Of a stretch of 64,000 bases of DNA, positions 61,741 to 64,000 are shown piece after piece. The DNA lies in contig MFCA01000025.1 in NCBI GenBank assembly GCA_001775095.1, positions 22,994 to 86,993 on the forward strand, given 5' to 3'. The stretch is from Candidatus Curtissbacteria bacterium RIFOXYA1_FULL_41_14. GTDB taxonomy: Bacteria; Patescibacteriota; Microgenomatia; Curtissbacterales; GWA2-41-24. Below the pieces are notes generated by a model that was not told where the DNA came from, did no database searches, and was given only the letters and a program-made list of their open reading frames with translations. The translations under genes were made by a program, and so were the position numbers. Position 1 is the first letter of the stretch, and each line of letters starts with the position of its first letter.

Positions 61741-64000
61741 ATGACAGATGGAAAAGACGGCCGTTTTCCCCAAATAAATCAGGATTCATTACCGCCTGTT
61801 GGGAATACTTCCAATGTTTCCCAAGTTGATTCGCCTCCTGAAGAACCTCTTCCGGAAGCCTCACTTCCAACTGATCCTCCGCCTCCGATTCCCCAAAATC
61901 CCACTTCAGCTCTATTTCAATCGCCCCAAGCTCCTCAAGAAGAACCAGCACTGCCTGCATCTCCCTCCCAGTTTCCACCTATTCCCAGTGCAGGGGTTTC
62001 TGTCAATCAACCACCAGTCCCGCCTCCCGGTGAATCTCCATCGAGATTAGGTTTTCTAAAAAGTAAGCTGGTTTTGGCCTTTGTTTTGTTGGTTCTTGTT
62101 ATCGGTCTTGGGGCAGGAGGAGTCTTTTACTACTTAAACCAAAGAGTTACCAGCTACACATTACTGCCCGATGATACCCAGTTCTATTTGGGACTTTCCG
62201 TTAAAAAACACCCCCAAGTGCAAAAACTTTTGGATTTATCCAAAAAACTGCCGGGAGGAGAGAAGATGATTAAGTATCTTGATGATTGGCGAGGGGAAAT
62301 TTTTGGCACCCAAAAGGATCCGTTTAAAGAGATTCTAAATTTGGCAGAGGAGGAAATTTTCCTGGCTAAAATCTCCCCTGAAGACTCAAGCGTAGGGGGA
62401 AATGCTTTAGAACAGCTTGTTAATATTGTCGCCTTGAAAGATGCAAAAGAAGCCAAGGAAAAGCTTGCCAACCTTGAAGATGACGCAAACATTACAACAA
62501 CTAAAGAAGCCTATGGTAGTGCCAAAATTGCAAAGTTTGAACTTAAAAGTCAGAAGATGGATGAAAGTGCGCAAAGATTTTCCACCGGCCCTATTCCTTA
62601 CCAAGTGACCTTGCCTCTTTCTAAGTCAATCTTTTCGGTAAACCTCAATGAGTTTTTGGTAGCAGCAGAAAGAGAAAGCGATGTTAAAAAAATTATTGAT
62701 TTGGCAACAAACGCTAAGGAGAAAAAACTAAAAAGTATTGAGGAGGACGAAGAGCATAATGAAATTACCAGCCACTTTCCCAAAGAATATCTTTTGAAAT
62801 TTTATCAAAGGCAAGTTTTGGACCCGTTCTCAAACATAATGCCTGCAACAACTTTGCCACAGAATTTTTGGTTTGGCCAAAGTTACGATACGCGTGAAAG
62901 AAATAGTCAAGGTGATAACGTTTTTACAACCAAACGAGGCTTAACCATTGTTGCCCAAGACAATGGTGTCGATTTTACTTCTTATCAGCTAACCAAAAAA
63001 TCAGAAATTAGCGAAAAAATCGAGAATATGCTTAAGCACGGATTTTCCATGGAAAGTTCGCTGGCCAATAAGCTGCCGGCTACTTTCGACGGTAAATCGC
63101 CACTGTTTTACGGAGAGGCTAAAAACATTAGAGATTCGATTCAAGACCAGCTAAACCAATTGGAGGATGTTTCAAAAAATTCCAGTGACGAGCAGCAGAA
63201 GAAGGCTTTTGAGGATGCGAAAAAAGGCATCGAGGAATTTAAAAAGCAGATTAAAGAGGCTTTTCAGATTGATGTTGATGCGGATTTACTTTCCTGGATG
63301 GACCAGAATGCGGCCATGATTGTCGCCGCGGATTCCCAAAAAGCTCCGGAGATTTTGTTTGTCTTTGAGATCAAAGATCCTCAACTGGTGGAGCAAAAAT
63401 TGGTCAAATTTAGAATGGTGGATTTTATGGGTACCAGATTAAAACAAGCGCAAGACGCAAGTATGAAAAACGACGTCGGACAAATAGCGACAGCTCTTCA
63501 GGCGTATTACACTACACCAGGACAGGGTTTGTATCCGACTTCCTTGAATGATCTGGTATCTTCTGAGTACCTTAAAACCTTACCTAAACCAGCTTCAGGG
63601 GGAAATTACAATTACTTAAGATGTGATAACGGGACAGAAGCTGCCATTTTTGCAAAGTCTGAAGAAACCGGACGTTATTGGGCTTTTAGTTCCAAATTAG
63701 GAAGAGCCGGTTATATCGATGGAACAAATCCTCCTGTTGATTGCAATTTTAATGTTCTTAAACAGACTCCGGAAACTCTTTTCGACAAGCCGCGGATCGA
63801 ACCAGAAATTGAACCCTATCAAACCAGTAAGATCTATTCATTTCCCATTTATGATTATGAGGGCGATAAGTTTGCTTTTCGTTTTACGGTGACTGACAGT
63901 TTGACAATTTTTTCCGTCGGTGCTTCCAGCCAATCGCTGAAAGAACTTATTGATTTCCCAAAGGAGAGCGATAGTACCTTAATCAAAGATCCTCGCTGGA
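61741..64000 (+). CDS. Large surface protein, partial: Pro-rich N-terminus, TM, DUF3352-like body with embedded pilin-like domain
   Basis: No stop seen in the stretches translated from ATG 61741 to the window end; LLPDDTQFY, DVDADLLSWMD, AQDASMKNDVGQIATALQAYY..YP. Confidence 0.8.
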   Translation, partial: MTDGKDGRFPQINQDSLPPVGNTSNVSQVDSPPEEPLPEASLPTDPPPPIPQNPTSALFQSPQAPQEEPALPASPSQFPPIPSAGVSVNQPPVPPPGESPSRLGFLKSKLVLAFVLLVLVIGLGAGGVFYYLNQRVTSYTLLPDDTQFYLGLSVKKHPQVQKLLDLSKKLPGGEKMIKYLDDWRGEIFGTQKDPFKEILNLAEEEIFLAKISPEDSSVGGNALEQLVNIVALKDAKEAKEKLANLEDDANITTTKEAYGSAKIAKFELKSQKMDESAQRFSTGPIPYQVTLPLSKSIFSVNLNEFLVAAERESDVKKIIDLATNAKEKKLKSIEEDEEHNEITSHFPKEYLLKFYQRQVLDPFSNIMPATTLPQNFWFGQSYDTRERNSQGDNVFTTKRGLTIVAQDNGVDFTSYQLTKKSEISEKIENMLKHGFSMESSLANKLPATFDGKSPLFYGEAKNIRDSIQDQLNQLEDVSKNSSDEQQKKAFEDAKKGIEEFKKQIKEAFQIDVDADLLSWMDQNAAMIVAADSQKAPEILFVFEIKDPQLVEQKLVKFRMVDFMGTRLKQAQDASMKNDVGQIATALQAYYTTPGQGLYPTSLNDLVSSEYLKTLPKPASGGNYNYLRCDNGTEAAIFAKSEETGRYWAFSSKLGRAGYIDGTNPPVDCNFNVLKQTPETLFDKPRIEPEIEPYQTSKIYSFPIYDYEGDKFAFRFTVTDSLTIFSVGASSQSLKELIDFPKESDSTLIKDPRW

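Overview
AT-rich, gene-dense 64-kb bacterial segment using the standard genetic code. Gene content and protein style suggest Patescibacteria/CPR, probably Microgenomates-like (inference). Core genes: lysS, greA, hppA, lon, lgt, nrdR-nrdJ, dxr, gltX, aspS, recJ, cca, secDF, tRNA-Glu(CTC) and tRNA-Gln(CTG). These are interleaved with a CsoR-controlled copper operon, two toxin-antitoxin pairs and an accessory region around tRNA-Gln (about 27-43 kb). The main unexplained signal is a set of tiny structured elements. (1) About 20 copies of one hairpin have a conserved TCGAC...GCTC core and a freely co-varying closing stem. They insert without obvious target duplication, nest inside larger GTCAT-ended palindromes, and sit in-frame inside nrdJ, gltX and pduO; a pair lies between the tRNA-Gln CCA end and a stand-alone GIY-YIG nuclease gene. 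(2) Integrase-free cassettes are bounded by duplicated gene tails (nrdJ, lysS, tRNA-Gln). (3) There are MITE-like elements, one in-frame in a signal peptide. (4) A co-varying 140-bp element occurs twice. Also notable: a PIG-L deacetylase plus MshC-like ligase pair, an interrupted hexokinase, a pilin-like domain inside a DUF3352-like protein, and many apparently leaderless genes. All calls come from reading the sequence; no searches were run.
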